A stretch of DNA of 63,497 nt, counting the filler, from Licmophora abbreviata (taxonomy: Eukaryota), in assembly GCA_900291995.1 (NCBI GenBank). It is 24 parts of 24 records of this genome, joined end to end, with 100 filler letters (N's around TTAATTAATTAA, not from the genome) between each part and the next. Parts side by side here need not be neighbours in the genome. Positions count along the whole stretch, not along the records: positions 9,376 to 11,411 come from OLMU01006083.1; positions 11,512 to 15,358 come from OLMU01006085.1; positions 15,459 to 19,268 come from OLMU01006086.1; positions 19,369 to 22,870 come from OLMU01006087.1; 20 more parts are not named here. One strand, written 5' to 3'. This document shows positions 10,780 through 21,965 of this stretch, in pieces. Below the pieces are notes generated by a model. That model was not told the origin of the DNA and made no database searches. It saw only the letters and a program-made list of their open reading frames with translations. The translations under genes and the position numbers were made by a program. Within the stretch, counting starts at the first letter, position 1; every line of letters begins with the position of its first letter.

Positions 10780-11750
10780 TCAAGTAGTTGTGCTTTCAGC
10801 CGTCTCGCGATTCAAGAGAAACCTTGCCCAATGCTTCTCGCTAATGACTCCGCTGCCCAAACACTCCGGGTCGTCTATCGCGTAGAAGACAACGTACTGC
10901 CCTGGAGCCAAGCCCCCATCTTTGTTGTCAAGCTTGACATTTCCAGTGTCCTCACTCAAGAGTCGAAGCGATCCCTCAACGATTTTCGGACCGTGCCGAA
11001 TCTTCATCCTGAAGCGATGATCAGTGTAATCTCCTCCTTCCCCAACAAGCTCCGTGGGAGTCGGTCCCGTAACCCATCGAATATCCTCCACGAAAAAGTC
11101 GGACCGAGCAGATGTAAAGGTTTCTTCTTCATATTCGTTCGATGCAAAGACAATATCTTTTTGGGGGTTCTTCGCTACCACATACCACGGTCCACGAGAG
11201 GTAGCAAGAGGATCCAGTACCTTGCCAATGCCTTTGCGCTGTCCGACTGTATGGTACCATACTCCCTTGTGTCGGCCTATTATCTCACCAGTTTTTGCGT
11301 CCAAGATCTTGCCGGGCCGTTCCCCGAGATAGGCAGATAGGAATTCGTCGAACTTGACCTTTCCCAAGAAGCACAAACCTTGAGAGTCTGGTCGTTTCTT
11401 ATTGGGCAAGTNNNNNNNNNNNNNNNNNNNNNNNNNNNNNNNNNNNNNNNNNNNNTTAATTAATTAANNNNNNNNNNNNNNNNNNNNNNNNNNNNNNNNN
11501 NNNNNNNNNNNGATTGGCGAAGTGAAGATGGAAGACTCTGAAATGAAGTATTGATGTTTTCGGAAGACCACTCCGATGATTGAGTAGAGGAAGATCCCTC
11601 AAGTCTTGTTCGAATTGAGCGTCGTCTGTGCGCAATGATGTGTCTCTGTTCTGGCAGAACAACAAATGACGATACGGAGCTCGCCCATACCAAGAATAGA
11701 GCGAGACCAACGATCACTCTCCCCCAACCGTGATTCCGAAACGGGATCAT
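10780..11750 (-). CDS. mnmA: tRNA-specific 2-thiouridylase MnmA, organelle-targeted (central part lost in gap 11412-11511)
   Basis: C-terminal part has PDSQGLCFLG, G.HKGVWYHTVGQRKGIG, PWYVVAK, KIRHGP and LAPGQYVVFY...CLGSGVI. The upstream contig encodes a signal peptide + VSSFVV presequence from ATG 11750; linking it to mnmA is inferred. Confidence 0.88.
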
Positions 11751-12252
11751 TGCATATGTCTTTCTTCTTTTGTACGTCGCAGTCCGTCCCCAAGAGCAGT
11801 CAGGACACAAGGCATCATGGTATTTAGTTTCGCAGAATGTGAATCCTCCGAATTTCGAAATTCTGAATTTGGCGCGCCCCCCAATGATTCGTGGCCGTGC
11901 GCGTTTGGATCTGGCCGGCACACGTCTCAGATGCAGTAGTGAAAAAAAGCGTGATACATGCATCACCTCTGTCCTCTACCGGCTTGTTTATCGATCACAT
12001 GCTCCAGTGCCGTATAGTTTTTCGACAAATGGTACATCTCGTTGTAGCATGTGGTAGCGTGAATCGAAAGCAGAAAGGTGAGAATGCCTCATTGTGTTAC
12101 CGAGAACAAGAGCTCGGTGGCTGGAGTGCCATCATATCCTATAGAGTTTATTGGCTGGCTAAATTTTCGAGATCGATACCTTTCTGCCGGTACAGTTGTA
12201 ATGGAGGCTACTTTGTGGTCATAGGTTCACATTACCGTACAACGCTTCCTGC

Positions 12253-13182
12253 CTATACCCTCTTTTTCTTGGAGGTCGTCGTTGTTCCGTATCCTGCAAA
12301 CAAGTCTCCTGCATCGGCCTTCAGCTTCTTCTTGGGATATCGTTTGCCCAGCATCCGCTTTTCGACATCGTCCAACGAAGATTTGTGTTTGGCTACAAGC
12401 TCGAGGTTGTCCGCCTCTGTCTGCAGGGCCTTGGGAGCATCAAACGGAGCTGATGGACCGGCATTGGGTTGCATGCCCAAGGAATTTTGACGCTTGGAGT
12501 CTTCTTGCATTTCTTGAGAAGGATCGCTAATGACGAGTCGAAAGAAAGCTCGAAGACCATACATGACCAGAAAGTACCACGAAACAGACGAGACGTACGA
12601 AGTGTCGAGAGTTTGAAGCTCCAGACCGCGTTGAAACATACCCTTGAATCCTGTCGTCAACGGAAACGGAATCCGCACCAGCACGTACCCCTTGAAGAAA
12701 TGTGAAATCCCCTGCATCATGACCATATTCTGCACCATAAATGCCATCTGTCCTTTCATACCATCCATCATGCTCATGGGGTTCATCATGTCGACTCCGT
12801 CCGACGCGGGAGCATTCTCTGCTTCCTCCTTGGCCCACACAGCTTCGTCGCGAAGATACTTGCTCGAATAATACGCCCGTCTCGCATCCCACTTGGAGGT
12901 GGCGATGAAATTCGCACTTCCCGAGCGAATGCCGGATGCACGCTTGAGCGAGTTCTTGGCTCTCTGTTCAATGCGAGAAATAGCTTTCGGTGACCCCTTG
13001 AGGACAGCGCCGAGATAGTGTCGCAGCAGCCCTGCCGAAATCATAATCAACAGCAGAGGCAAAACGACCCAATCTCTAATATCCGAGTCCAATAAAATCG
13101 TCTGAGGGACCATCCCAGAGGGGATGGCCAATGAGCCCGGCTCTCCGGAGCCAGGAGGAGACGACAACGATGCACTGGTCAT
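12253..13182 (-). CDS. EMC3: ER membrane complex subunit 3 (TMEM111/DUF106)
   Basis: LLDSDIRDWVVLP, FFKGYVLVRIPFPLT.GFK.MFQRG, LDTSYVSSVSWYFL..YGLR. Intronless. Confidence 0.93.
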   Translation of the reverse strand: MTSASLSSPPGSGEPGSLAIPSGMVPQTILLDSDIRDWVVLPLLLIMISAGLLRHYLGAVLKGSPKAISRIEQRAKNSLKRASGIRSGSANFIATSKWDARRAYYSSKYLRDEAVWAKEEAENAPASDGVDMMNPMSMMDGMKGQMAFMVQNMVMMQGISHFFKGYVLVRIPFPLTTGFKGMFQRGLELQTLDTSYVSSVSWYFLVMYGLRAFFRLVISDPSQEMQEDSKRQNSLGMQPNAGPSAPFDAPKALQTEADNLELVAKHKSSLDDVEKRMLGKRYPKKKLKADAGDLFAGYGTTTTSKKKRV

Positions 13183-13546
13183 GGTCAACTTTTGATTGCA
13201 GTTCTTGCGGCAGCAGAGGGCAAAATGAATGTGCCGTTCCAAAGTGAGGCGTTTGAACGGGCGGGGGTAGGACAGACTTTCTCGAGCTATCGCGCTCCAA
13301 TAAAGAGACCATGTGATGCGCGCGCCAGGCGATCCAAGAGATCACCCAAATTTTCGAAAGCGCGATAAGTCCAAATTTGGTGAGAGATCCTGCGCGCCTA
13401 AGAGGTGATGGGCAAAAGGTGAAAAAGGTTCACGCAACAGCCTGTACAGCCGAAAGAGTATTTTGAAACTGGCATAACTCTGCCGCTCAGACATCTCCTC
13501 ATTAAAAGACGAGTACAGGTTTTGCTGAGATTGGGATTTTTCTACG

Positions 13547-15045
13547 ATGAAGTTCGGAACGGCGGCTCTCGCGATGCTGCTGGTCGTGTGGACCGTCGAG
13601 ATGCCTGAGCCGGTACAGGCGGTTGAATGTGGGCGCTGGTTCTCGAACGCATGTCTGGGACAGTCTGACAAGCGCTACGATCCTGACTTTCCCAACGAGT
13701 TTCTCGTACAGGAGCCTCGCTGGGAAAGCAACGATGGCTTCTTCCGTGTGGTCGCTCGCGCATTCGACGAGAACGATATGATTGTGCGACCGAGCGTCTA
13801 TGACCCGACAGATCAGCCCTTCCCGGATGGCTTTCCGTATCCCCGAGACCCATTCTTGGCGTTTTACAACAACACGTACGTGGGCTCTAGGCTGGAGTCC
13901 AATCGATATTATCTCTACAGCCCTGCTCCTGGCGCTTCTGCAATATTCCTACTGTTCCAGGCCAGCTCAACGTTTTTGGGAGTGGCGAGTGCGGCGTGAA
14001 TGGCTTCGCACGGCCTGCCGGGTACTTTGCAACGACAACCTTTGAAAAGGATGGGAGCGGGCAGATATTTCAGACGTTCGGAGACTACGCTCGAGGCTAC
14101 ACCGCCATGGACCGCATTGTCGACGACGCTACCATCTATGGCTTTGGCAATAGCAACGACGTGTCCCGTTCTATCACTGAAGTCTTTCTCGATGCAAATA
14201 GAACTACGCGAGACTCTACCCTGAACTTCTTTATCCTTGACAACGAATTGTATCGGCGCTGGCGCTTTCATAGACTGGAAGTTGTGGCCATCACCGAAGA
14301 AGAGTTCGTTGATGGTATTCTGCAAACGTATGAAGACTTCAACATTCTTCCAGAAGACCAATGGCCCGTACCTTTTGAGACGTCCAGTTTGGTAGCTGAT
14401 GCTTTTCCGAACGAGACGGAATGGTGTGAGGTGGACCCAAATTGCGCAGAGAGTCCGTACCAAGAGCCGGACGGAACCGTCAAGGCCGGAGTGATTGCCG
14501 GATTCTCCATTCTTGGCTTTGTCATCATTCTCGCGTGCATGTACTTCTACTACACGAACCGACTTCATCGACAGAAGCAACGATACAAGGAACAGTTCGT
14601 ACGTCGTCTGGCACAGAGCATGTCCATTGAAAGCACCGAAAAATCCTTAGGAAGCGAGGATCTCTTGCGTGAGTTCAAGAAGATCTCATCTGATGGGCGT
14701 TTCATCAACAAGCAAGACCTTCATGACTTCGTTCAGTCTGAAAAACTCGGAAAGCTTTCGGACAGAGACTTCGAAGCCATGTGGGCGGCACTGGATGTGG
14801 ACAATAATGGTGCCGTCGACTTCGTTGAATTCTGTGTGTTTATCGGCTACTGTGGCAATCATCTGGCCGATCCGAAGGTTGTAGAGTTCATGTCGGCCGA
14901 AGAGAAGATGAACTTTGCTGCCAGGAGCTTAAAGAGGAGTATAACAGACCTGAAGTCTCAACCAGATAGACAGAAGACATGGATGGTTGAACACGATGGC
15001 GTCGGGTTCCTTGTAAATGCTGATGACGATATCAAAAGTTGTTGA
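13547..15045 (+). CDS. Type-I membrane protein with cytosolic EF-hand pair (frameshift near 13935)
   Basis: Signal peptide, Cys-containing ectodomain, TM helix GVIAGFSILGFVIILACMYFYY, canonical EF loop DVDNNGAVDFVE and a degenerate SSDGRFINKQD loop. The two ORFs join if one T is added at GGC-GC(T)-TTC. Confidence 0.75.
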
Positions 15046-15511
15046 TCGATGGAGGGTGCATGGATGAGGGCCTGCTTGTGTCGTTACTTCTAATGAGCTA
15101 GTGTAGTATATGCGTGATTTTACGATTGAGGGAGTCTCCTAGGTATCAGGCTAAAGGCTTCTGGACGAAGACCTTCACGAGACCTTTCAAACCCAAAAGT
15201 ATAGGCAAGGGATTTACAGTGAGCGTACGACGTAGGTACATCGCGGGGTTTCTACCGGTTGAGGCGGGACTGAACGTATGATACGCCCGGCGCGACAGAA
15301 TGGAATCGATGACACACACACATCACATCCGGGACATAGCCTCATCACATACATATCGNNNNNNNNNNNNNNNNNNNNNNNNNNNNNNNNNNNNNNNNNN
15401 NNTTAATTAATTAANNNNNNNNNNNNNNNNNNNNNNNNNNNNNNNNNNNNNNNNNNNNTTTGTTAACTTTATTCCCAGATATAGCATCATCACATCCGAA
15501 CTGGTCGAACC

Positions 15512-17044
15512 ATGAAAATTCAAGACGCCATCATCATCAGCTGCTCTGCTTTTGTGATGACGACAAGCTTTGTCGTTCTCATCAGTGATGTCGTCAGAGG
15601 GCGCGAAATCCCATCGCAGATCAGCGTGAATCATCGACAATTTGTGGACAGTCTCATCTCTGAGCTATATCAGAACGACAACGAATGTACTTCTTCTTGG
15701 GGCGTCTCCATGGCATTCAGTCTCGTCTATCCAAGCAGTGTTGGTGCTACCGAAGAACAAATCCGTAACACGCTTGGCTACCCAGCCGGGTCCCAACAAG
15801 AGCTCGTCTGGAGCGACGTGGCGACCGGCATAGATCAATCCTATGAAGGCCGATGTATTCAAGAAGGCAGTGGCGGAGTTTGCGGTATAGAGGAACCTCT
15901 CGTGAAAATTGCAAACAGCGTGTGGATCGATGACGACTCTGAATTGAATCAAAGCTACTTGGGCGTGGTTCAGGACGATCTTTTTGCGATTGCCTTTTCC
16001 AGCGACCAAGCGGGCGGGGCAATCAATAGTTGGGTAGACAACTCCACCCTTGGACTTATTGACTCTGTGGTACCGCAGGGTCCTCTCCCACCGTCTACCG
16101 TGCTGATCGCGATCAACGCCATCTATCTAAAGGCCCCCTGGGAGTTTCCTTTCGACGAAGCCAACACGAATCAAGACATCTTTTACACCAGTCCTTCTTC
16201 AGTCGCATCTACCAGCTCGGAGGCACACTTCATGCACAAAGTGTTCACGTCAGCTTTCTATTCCCAGGAAGCTCTTGCCGGCTTTCAGATCCTCAAGCTC
16301 CAGTTCACGAGCAATCTTGCCGTGATCTTTGCTCTGCCAACCAGTGACAAAATTGGAGGTGCGACCTCCTCTGAAGTCCTCTCGGCTGTGAAACAACTTG
16401 TCAAATCGCACGTGGCAGTGGCATTGCCTAAATTCAAGTTCGAATCTCAGTATCGGAACAATCTCAAGATGGCCCTAGCGAATGTGGGCATGACGGAACC
16501 CTTCGTGGGAGGTTTCTGCGTCTTCGCAGATGGCATATGTGATGCGTTCATCTCCGACATCATACACAAGACTGCCATCGATCTAAATGAGAATGGCGTT
16601 GAGGCCGCGGCTGCTACAATGGTTATTCTTGACAGGTCTGAGCCATTCGATCCTCCAGTCTTGTTCATGGCAGACCACCCATTCCATTTCTTCATATATG
16701 ACGAGCTGGAGGAGTTAGTTTTGTTCGAAGGTAGAATCGGAGATCCTGGTGTTCCGGAGGGTGCGCCTGTCCCGGCCTTGACAGCCAGACACTCGGACAA
16801 CGGCTTTTGGATGGCAAGTTTTGGCTGGGACCCAACCGAGCCGGTCTTCTCGGATCCTACCCCCGAACCAACGCCAGAAGCGAGCACACCCGAACCGACA
16901 CCCGAGCTGACACTGCAAGCAGCAGGGTCCCATACCGGCTCTACAGAGCCGCCGGATTTGTCGTCCGCCTATTCGGGAGCTAGACTTGGTGGGGTGGCGA
17001 CGCTCGCAATAAGCGCAATGATGGTGCTCCTGCAAATCAGTTGA
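15512..17044 (+). CDS. Serpin with signal peptide, PEPT stalk and GPI-like C-terminus
   Basis: IANSVW, INSWVDNSTLGLI, LIAINAIYLKAPW..PF, VALPKFKFE, hinge NENGVEAAAAT and signature FMADHPFHFFI. C-terminal hydrophobic tail. Confidence 0.93.
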   Translation: MKIQDAIIISCSAFVMTTSFVVLISDVVRGREIPSQISVNHRQFVDSLISELYQNDNECTSSWGVSMAFSLVYPSSVGATEEQIRNTLGYPAGSQQELVWSDVATGIDQSYEGRCIQEGSGGVCGIEEPLVKIANSVWIDDDSELNQSYLGVVQDDLFAIAFSSDQAGGAINSWVDNSTLGLIDSVVPQGPLPPSTVLIAINAIYLKAPWEFPFDEANTNQDIFYTSPSSVASTSSEAHFMHKVFTSAFYSQEALAGFQILKLQFTSNLAVIFALPTSDKIGGATSSEVLSAVKQLVKSHVAVALPKFKFESQYRNNLKMALANVGMTEPFVGGFCVFADGICDAFISDIIHKTAIDLNENGVEAAAATMVILDRSEPFDPPVLFMADHPFHFFIYDELEELVLFEGRIGDPGVPEGAPVPALTARHSDNGFWMASFGWDPTEPVFSDPTPEPTPEASTPEPTPELTLQAAGSHTGSTEPPDLSSAYSGARLGGVATLAISAMMVLLQIS

Positions 17045-17266
17045 CCGCAGATGCAGTTGATCTGACATACACATGTACTGAGTACAACATTACTTTTAGA
17101 TCTAGCTTTTCTATTACAATAGAAGGCTGACGGACACTGATTCGACAACCTACGTGTCGGCGCGGCAACCTCGAGCTTTGCGAGGTTGAATGATTTTCTT
17201 GCCTTACTCAGAGCTCGCATCTTTCGCGGACATCCCACTTTTTTGGAACGTTGCGACTTTTCAACC

Positions 17267-18412
17267 ATGGCGGCGCCGCCAACTGTAGCTTCGTCGTCAT
17301 CGGGGACTACCACAGTACTCACATCGACGCTGCAGCGCATTCTCGAAGAGGGTCCCTCTCCCGCATCCGGTGATAATGTCACTGCATGCTTGGTAGTTGA
17401 CTCCCACAATATACTGGGAGAATGCGTCTTGTACGATGATCGCTGTCATCGCGTCGTGTGGACCGACATTGACGGCAGAAAGCTGCATCGTCTCAATTTG
17501 AGGACTTTTACTATGGAGACTCTTCTCATGCCACGTATGGTTGGATCTTTTGCTTTGACCATGACGAATAGTAATAGTCGGGATGCTGAGAAAAATGGCG
17601 ATATCTACTTGATGGGGTGGGAAGATGGATTTCAGCTCTATCATGTCGGTACGAACACAGCCATGTCACAGTACTCCAAAGGCGAACCAGTCAATCCCAA
17701 GGGTCTCCCGTCGCGTTTGAACGATGGACGCTGCGATCGGAGTGGGACTACTTTTGTCTGCGGAGGCTTCTATGGTGGCCAGGATCCTGGTCAAACTATG
17801 AAAGTATATGCGTGTCGACTTATGACGCCGCTGGCGGATGACCGGCATCCGCGAGAGGATTCGTCGCCCTCGAGCGTACTACATCAGCTCCATCACGAGC
17901 CGATTCTGAATCAGGTCCAAATTGCCAATAGTACTTGTTTTTCACCGGACGGGTCAGTCATGTACTTAAGCGACTCGCTCACCAAGACTATTCGTCGGTA
18001 TCCTTACAGCACTATTAGGGGCGGCGCCGATGTCGATTCCTCCTTCATCCAAGTCGACGATGAAGCATCCGAGGATATATGGAAGTGGGAACAATCTGTT
18101 GGATTCCCTGATGGCTCTTGTGTGGACTCCGAGGGCTTCCTTTGGAATGCCATTTGGCGCAAGGGCGATGGTCCGGGTCGTGTCAATCGAATCGATCCGT
18201 CCACCGGCAAGGTTGTCTTTTCTGTTCACATGCCCGACTCCACGTCGCAATGTACCTGCTGTTGTTTTGGAGGGGATAACCTGGATGTTCTCTTTGTTAC
18301 GACGGCATCGATTGATCGTGATAAGGAAGAGGAAAAACACGCGGGAGGCATGTATGCTGTAAAAGTTCCGTTTACAGGCCTTCCAGAAGACCGTTTCCGA
18401 TTGCAACGATGA
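17267..18412 (+). CDS. SMP-30/gluconolactonase/regucalcin family beta-propeller
   Basis: LGEC..YD, WTDI, RLNDGRCD..G, IANS.CFSPDG..MYLSDS, PDGSCVDSEG.LW.A, TCCCFGGDNLD.LFVTTA. Confidence 0.92.
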   Translation: MAAPPTVASSSSGTTTVLTSTLQRILEEGPSPASGDNVTACLVVDSHNILGECVLYDDRCHRVVWTDIDGRKLHRLNLRTFTMETLLMPRMVGSFALTMTNSNSRDAEKNGDIYLMGWEDGFQLYHVGTNTAMSQYSKGEPVNPKGLPSRLNDGRCDRSGTTFVCGGFYGGQDPGQTMKVYACRLMTPLADDRHPREDSSPSSVLHQLHHEPILNQVQIANSTCFSPDGSVMYLSDSLTKTIRRYPYSTIRGGADVDSSFIQVDDEASEDIWKWEQSVGFPDGSCVDSEGFLWNAIWRKGDGPGRVNRIDPSTGKVVFSVHMPDSTSQCTCCCFGGDNLDVLFVTTASIDRDKEEEKHAGGMYAVKVPFTGLPEDRFRLQR

Positions 18413-18491
18413 CTTGAGGTAGAAGTAGTTCATATATCGACCTCGGTGGTGCTGCATGCACGAAATAAAACTGCAACTCTTACTTTCTAAT

Positions 18492-19268
18492 TTAAACTGA
18501 GTCTTCTCCCCGACTGTCGATTCCGACTTGCTGCCTTTTAGCTTCCACTCTATCATGCTGCTGCCCATCCGTCGTCGCCGTCAGCGATTCTAACCAAGGA
18601 CCCTGCACGCCAAAGTCTTGCAGTAGCTCCAAGAACGGTGCAACTATGGTCAATAATGTCATTTGAGCTCCAAACTTTGGTCTCACACGCCCCTGTTCGT
18701 CCACCAGTGTGCCACAACCAAACAAACACCCGCACCCACACGATGTCACAAAGACCAACAGCGCCAGTACAATGTATAGAACTACGAGCGGAAGTTTTAC
18801 CGGCAGCCACATGCAGGCTCTCCTTCGATGCTGTTTGATACGGCGGTGATCCAGGTAGCGTTGTTTGCATAATGTACATGTTCGGATACTTCCATCTCCT
18901 GTCAGATGCTCGTGAGTACCACAGCGAAAGCAAAAATCGTGGTCGCAATGAGCGCAAACAATGTGTTCACAGCCACCGGTGAGTTGAATGGGGATACCGC
19001 AGTGGGAACATGGTTTGATGGTCAGTTTTCGGTTCACTCGATCTGAGAGTGTCGTATGTGACTGGCCACGTGCGGTCGATCGAGTCGAGGGCGACTGGTG
19101 GTGTCGCACCAGGTCGTGTCCGCAAGAAGGGCACAATCGTGACGGTCGCATGACCGTGTCCACGGCGGACGAGCCCTGTCCCCCGGAGGCAGGCGCAAGC
19201 TCATCACACCGCGGACACGCCACAAGCTTTGGATTGGCTTGGATCTCTAGTAGTCGTCGATATCTCTG
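18492..19268 (-). CDS. RBR-type E3 ubiquitin ligase with C-terminal TM segments (3' part only)
   Basis: IBR-like ACPRC...CPSCGH and Rcat KPCSHCGIPIQLTGGCEHIVCAHCDHDFCFRCG, followed by hydrophobic helices. Confidence 0.8.
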   Translation of the reverse strand, partial: QRYRRLLEIQANPKLVACPRCDELAPASGGQGSSAVDTVMRPSRLCPSCGHDLVRHHQSPSTRSTARGQSHTTLSDRVNRKLTIKPCSHCGIPIQLTGGCEHIVCAHCDHDFCFRCGTHEHLTGDGSIRTCTLCKQRYLDHRRIKQHRRRACMWLPVKLPLVVLYIVLALLVFVTSCGCGCLFGCGTLVDEQGRVRPKFGAQMTLLTIVAPFLELLQDFGVQGPWLESLTATTDGQQHDRVEAKRQQVGIDSRGEDSV

Positions 19269-19368
19269 NNNNNNNNNNNNNNNNNNNNNNNNNNNNNNNN
19301 NNNNNNNNNNNNTTAATTAATTAANNNNNNNNNNNNNNNNNNNNNNNNNNNNNNNNNNNNNNNNNNNN

Positions 19369-21630
19369 TATTTCTTATCCCGAGGAAGTGCAAAGCCCGG
19401 AGAAAAGAAGTAGCGTAATTGTTGATCATACAATAAAGCTTCTTCTCCTTCAGGATATATTGCGAGATAAGTCTCAATCAAATCGATGTAGTATGTCCAA
19501 TGATCTGCCCAGTAACCTGTGTTGTAGACAGCCATCGGGGCCTGCTTGGCAGCGGCGGCAACCATATCGATGAATTCCTCGTGAGAGATCATGACAAAGA
19601 TGCTTTGCTGTTCCATGAAGAGAAAGAGCTGGCCAGGTCGGAAAGGTCCAGAATTCAACATACCGGATAGTGCTTCCCTCTGGGCCCGGTGACCATCCGC
19701 GTGACCAACTGCAGCGGCCGCAATCCGATCACAAACACCCTTGTCGTCAATGATGAAAACCGTTGATTCCACTGTTAAAGGCTCATATCCGTCGGCTTGA
19801 ATAAAAGAGAGAAACTGTTTAACATTGAAGGAGCCAATGCGAGGATTGAAGACGACGTCGTTTCGCCGATTCTGAGCGACGTCTCTGTAGTTTCCCGGTC
19901 CCTGGGTAAGACCAAGTTCAATACAGTGAAGTTAGCGAGACTCAAGTCACCCATTCGCCACAGTCACTCTATATCACGGCTTACCTGTGAAAAGTAGGTC
20001 GGCTCAATCACAAAATCATTGTAATCGCGTTCCAAGTCCCCATGGATTCGCGAAAACAAGTGATAGACTTTCAGTCTCTCGTCCTCGTCAGCGTTTCGCA
20101 TTTTCGCCGCGTCATCCACGTCACCCAGAATCATAGGTATTCCACCGCGAAGACTGTTGTCCAGGTACATTTGTTGAACATGCCCATCGAACATGTAATT
20201 GGAGGTCTTCGTTTCGACGGCGGCCGTGATTTGCTGAATGAGTTCTCGGGCGCGGGACAACTTGTACTGGACGAATCCCTCGTCCTGAATACGACGGGCA
20301 ATCACCGGCACGTCCAGTATATCATCAGCTCTTCCTAGGAACATCGACAATGTCAATGATTTTCCAGGAGCGAGCGTGACATTGTCGACTGAGGAATAGG
20401 AAAAGTATCGACGCCAAGTCAGCGGAAATATGAACAATTAGCAATCACGCACACCCAGTGAACAGTACCTGCCGCAAACGCCGACGAGGTCTTGGCAAAC
20501 CCATACTGCGGTTCTTTCACAATGTCTCGAATTCGCTTTCTATATAGCTCAACGGGCCGCAGCAACATGGTGTCTTCCCCAAAGACTTTGGACGTGTCAT
20601 AAACGATAGGAAGCAAACTGGATGGATCATTCTCTAGAAACGACAAACAATAGTGGCCTGCCTCTTGTATCTTGACGGAAGCCGAGTCAGCTGGCTCAGT
20701 CGAGAGCCTATAGTAAGGCATGGTGACATCATTCTTGTAAGTCTGATAGACTCCCATCCATCCTTCCAATGTTCGCGGAATGCCTTTTAGAAACTTGAAT
20801 AGCTTGCCTCCTGCCGGTTCCATTTTCGCCAGTCCATCCAATAGTGACAGTGTTAGAAGTGCGTCTGAATCCAGATTGGTAATAGTCGTCCGTCGAACTA
20901 GCGCTCCAAAGTCCTCTTCTGGCAAGGTAAAGTACGTGACATTGGTTTCGATACCATACTTTGTGTCCACCTCTTGAATCTGCATTTCATTTGGGCCAAC
21001 GAACATGCGGCGTTTGGGCAACAACGACGAGTCGGTTTCAGGCGTTCCTTCGAGTCGCGCGTAGATTGGACTGAATGGCTCTGTAACTGCGCTTACATCG
21101 TCCCGCGAGACTTGTAGAAAGGTTCGAAACCCCAAGAGTGCGGTGTTCTGATATGCAATGTTGGCAGAATTGAACTCCATCAATGGATAGTCCTTGGACT
21201 CGATTCCAAAAGAGGCTATTCCTTGTCCACGATTCACAAAGAAAGTCCAGAGTGGCTTTCCATAAATACCGGCGACACCAGGCAGAAAATCCGAAAACGT
21301 GGGCTTTGTATCGTAGTCTTCCAACACATACCGACCCAACTCATCAAAGCTCTGTTGGTGATCGGTTGAGTCTTCCGCTCCGTCCGGCTGGGACGACGCA
21401 CGAGTGCGATAGCTGGTCACCGACGCAAATAAGAACACTCCGGCCAAGATGATCGCAACAATGGATGCTACAATCGTTGACGCGGTCAAGCACCGTTCCT
21501 TTCGACTGTGCCTCCGGCTTGACAAGTTGTGGGCAACGTCCGTGTCGTCCCTGCCAACTTCGGTGCTACTGTGAATGCGATTCAGGGGGGTCTCTTCGTC
21601 ATCAACCTTACTGGCACTTCCTCCGTTCAT
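19369..21630 (-). CDS. GH161-like beta-1,3-glucan phosphorylase with N-terminal TM anchor (C-terminal half in gap)
   Basis: Exons 21630-20469, 20388-19985, 19901-19369. Motifs FLPGVAGIYGKPLWTFFVNRGQGIASFG, GFRTF, YLDNSLRGG.P, SRIHGDLERDYN, YFSQGPGNYRDVAQNRRND, QADGYEPL and GYWADHWTY, as recalled for GH161 enzymes. Confidence 0.78.
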
Positions 21631-21965
21631 ATTGGCGCCGGTTCGGTTCGCGTCAGCTTTAAAATATATAGAGAAACGAATTTACAGCGCCTCACTTTTC
21701 CTCATGGTCGGTTCCAAAAGATCCACATCTGATCTGAAATCCAAAGAGGGTGAATGTATCGAGATGTCGCAGGACATGTCTCAGTAACCCGGATTCAGTT
21801 CAAAGTGTGTGTCGCAGCGTGCATGACATCTGCCGTAGATCTAGACTACGATATGATACGAGTTATAGGGCTCCCACCCTGGCTCCCACTGTGTTTCCAG
21901 TAGCTAGGAACCTAATCGTACGTGCTGTAAGCAAGCTTTCTCTAGAGTTAAGCTTGATGCTCTTG

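Noticed and set aside
13925..13945. Programmed ribosomal frameshifting at the frame breaks
   Set aside because: There is no common slippery heptamer or shift-stop motif, and a one-base homopolymer correction explains each case.
13547..19268. EF-hand membrane protein, serpin, SMP-30 and RBR E3 as a functional defence cluster
   Set aside because: There is no shared pathway evidence, a linker separates the first two, and neighbouring genes elsewhere in the window are functionally unrelated.
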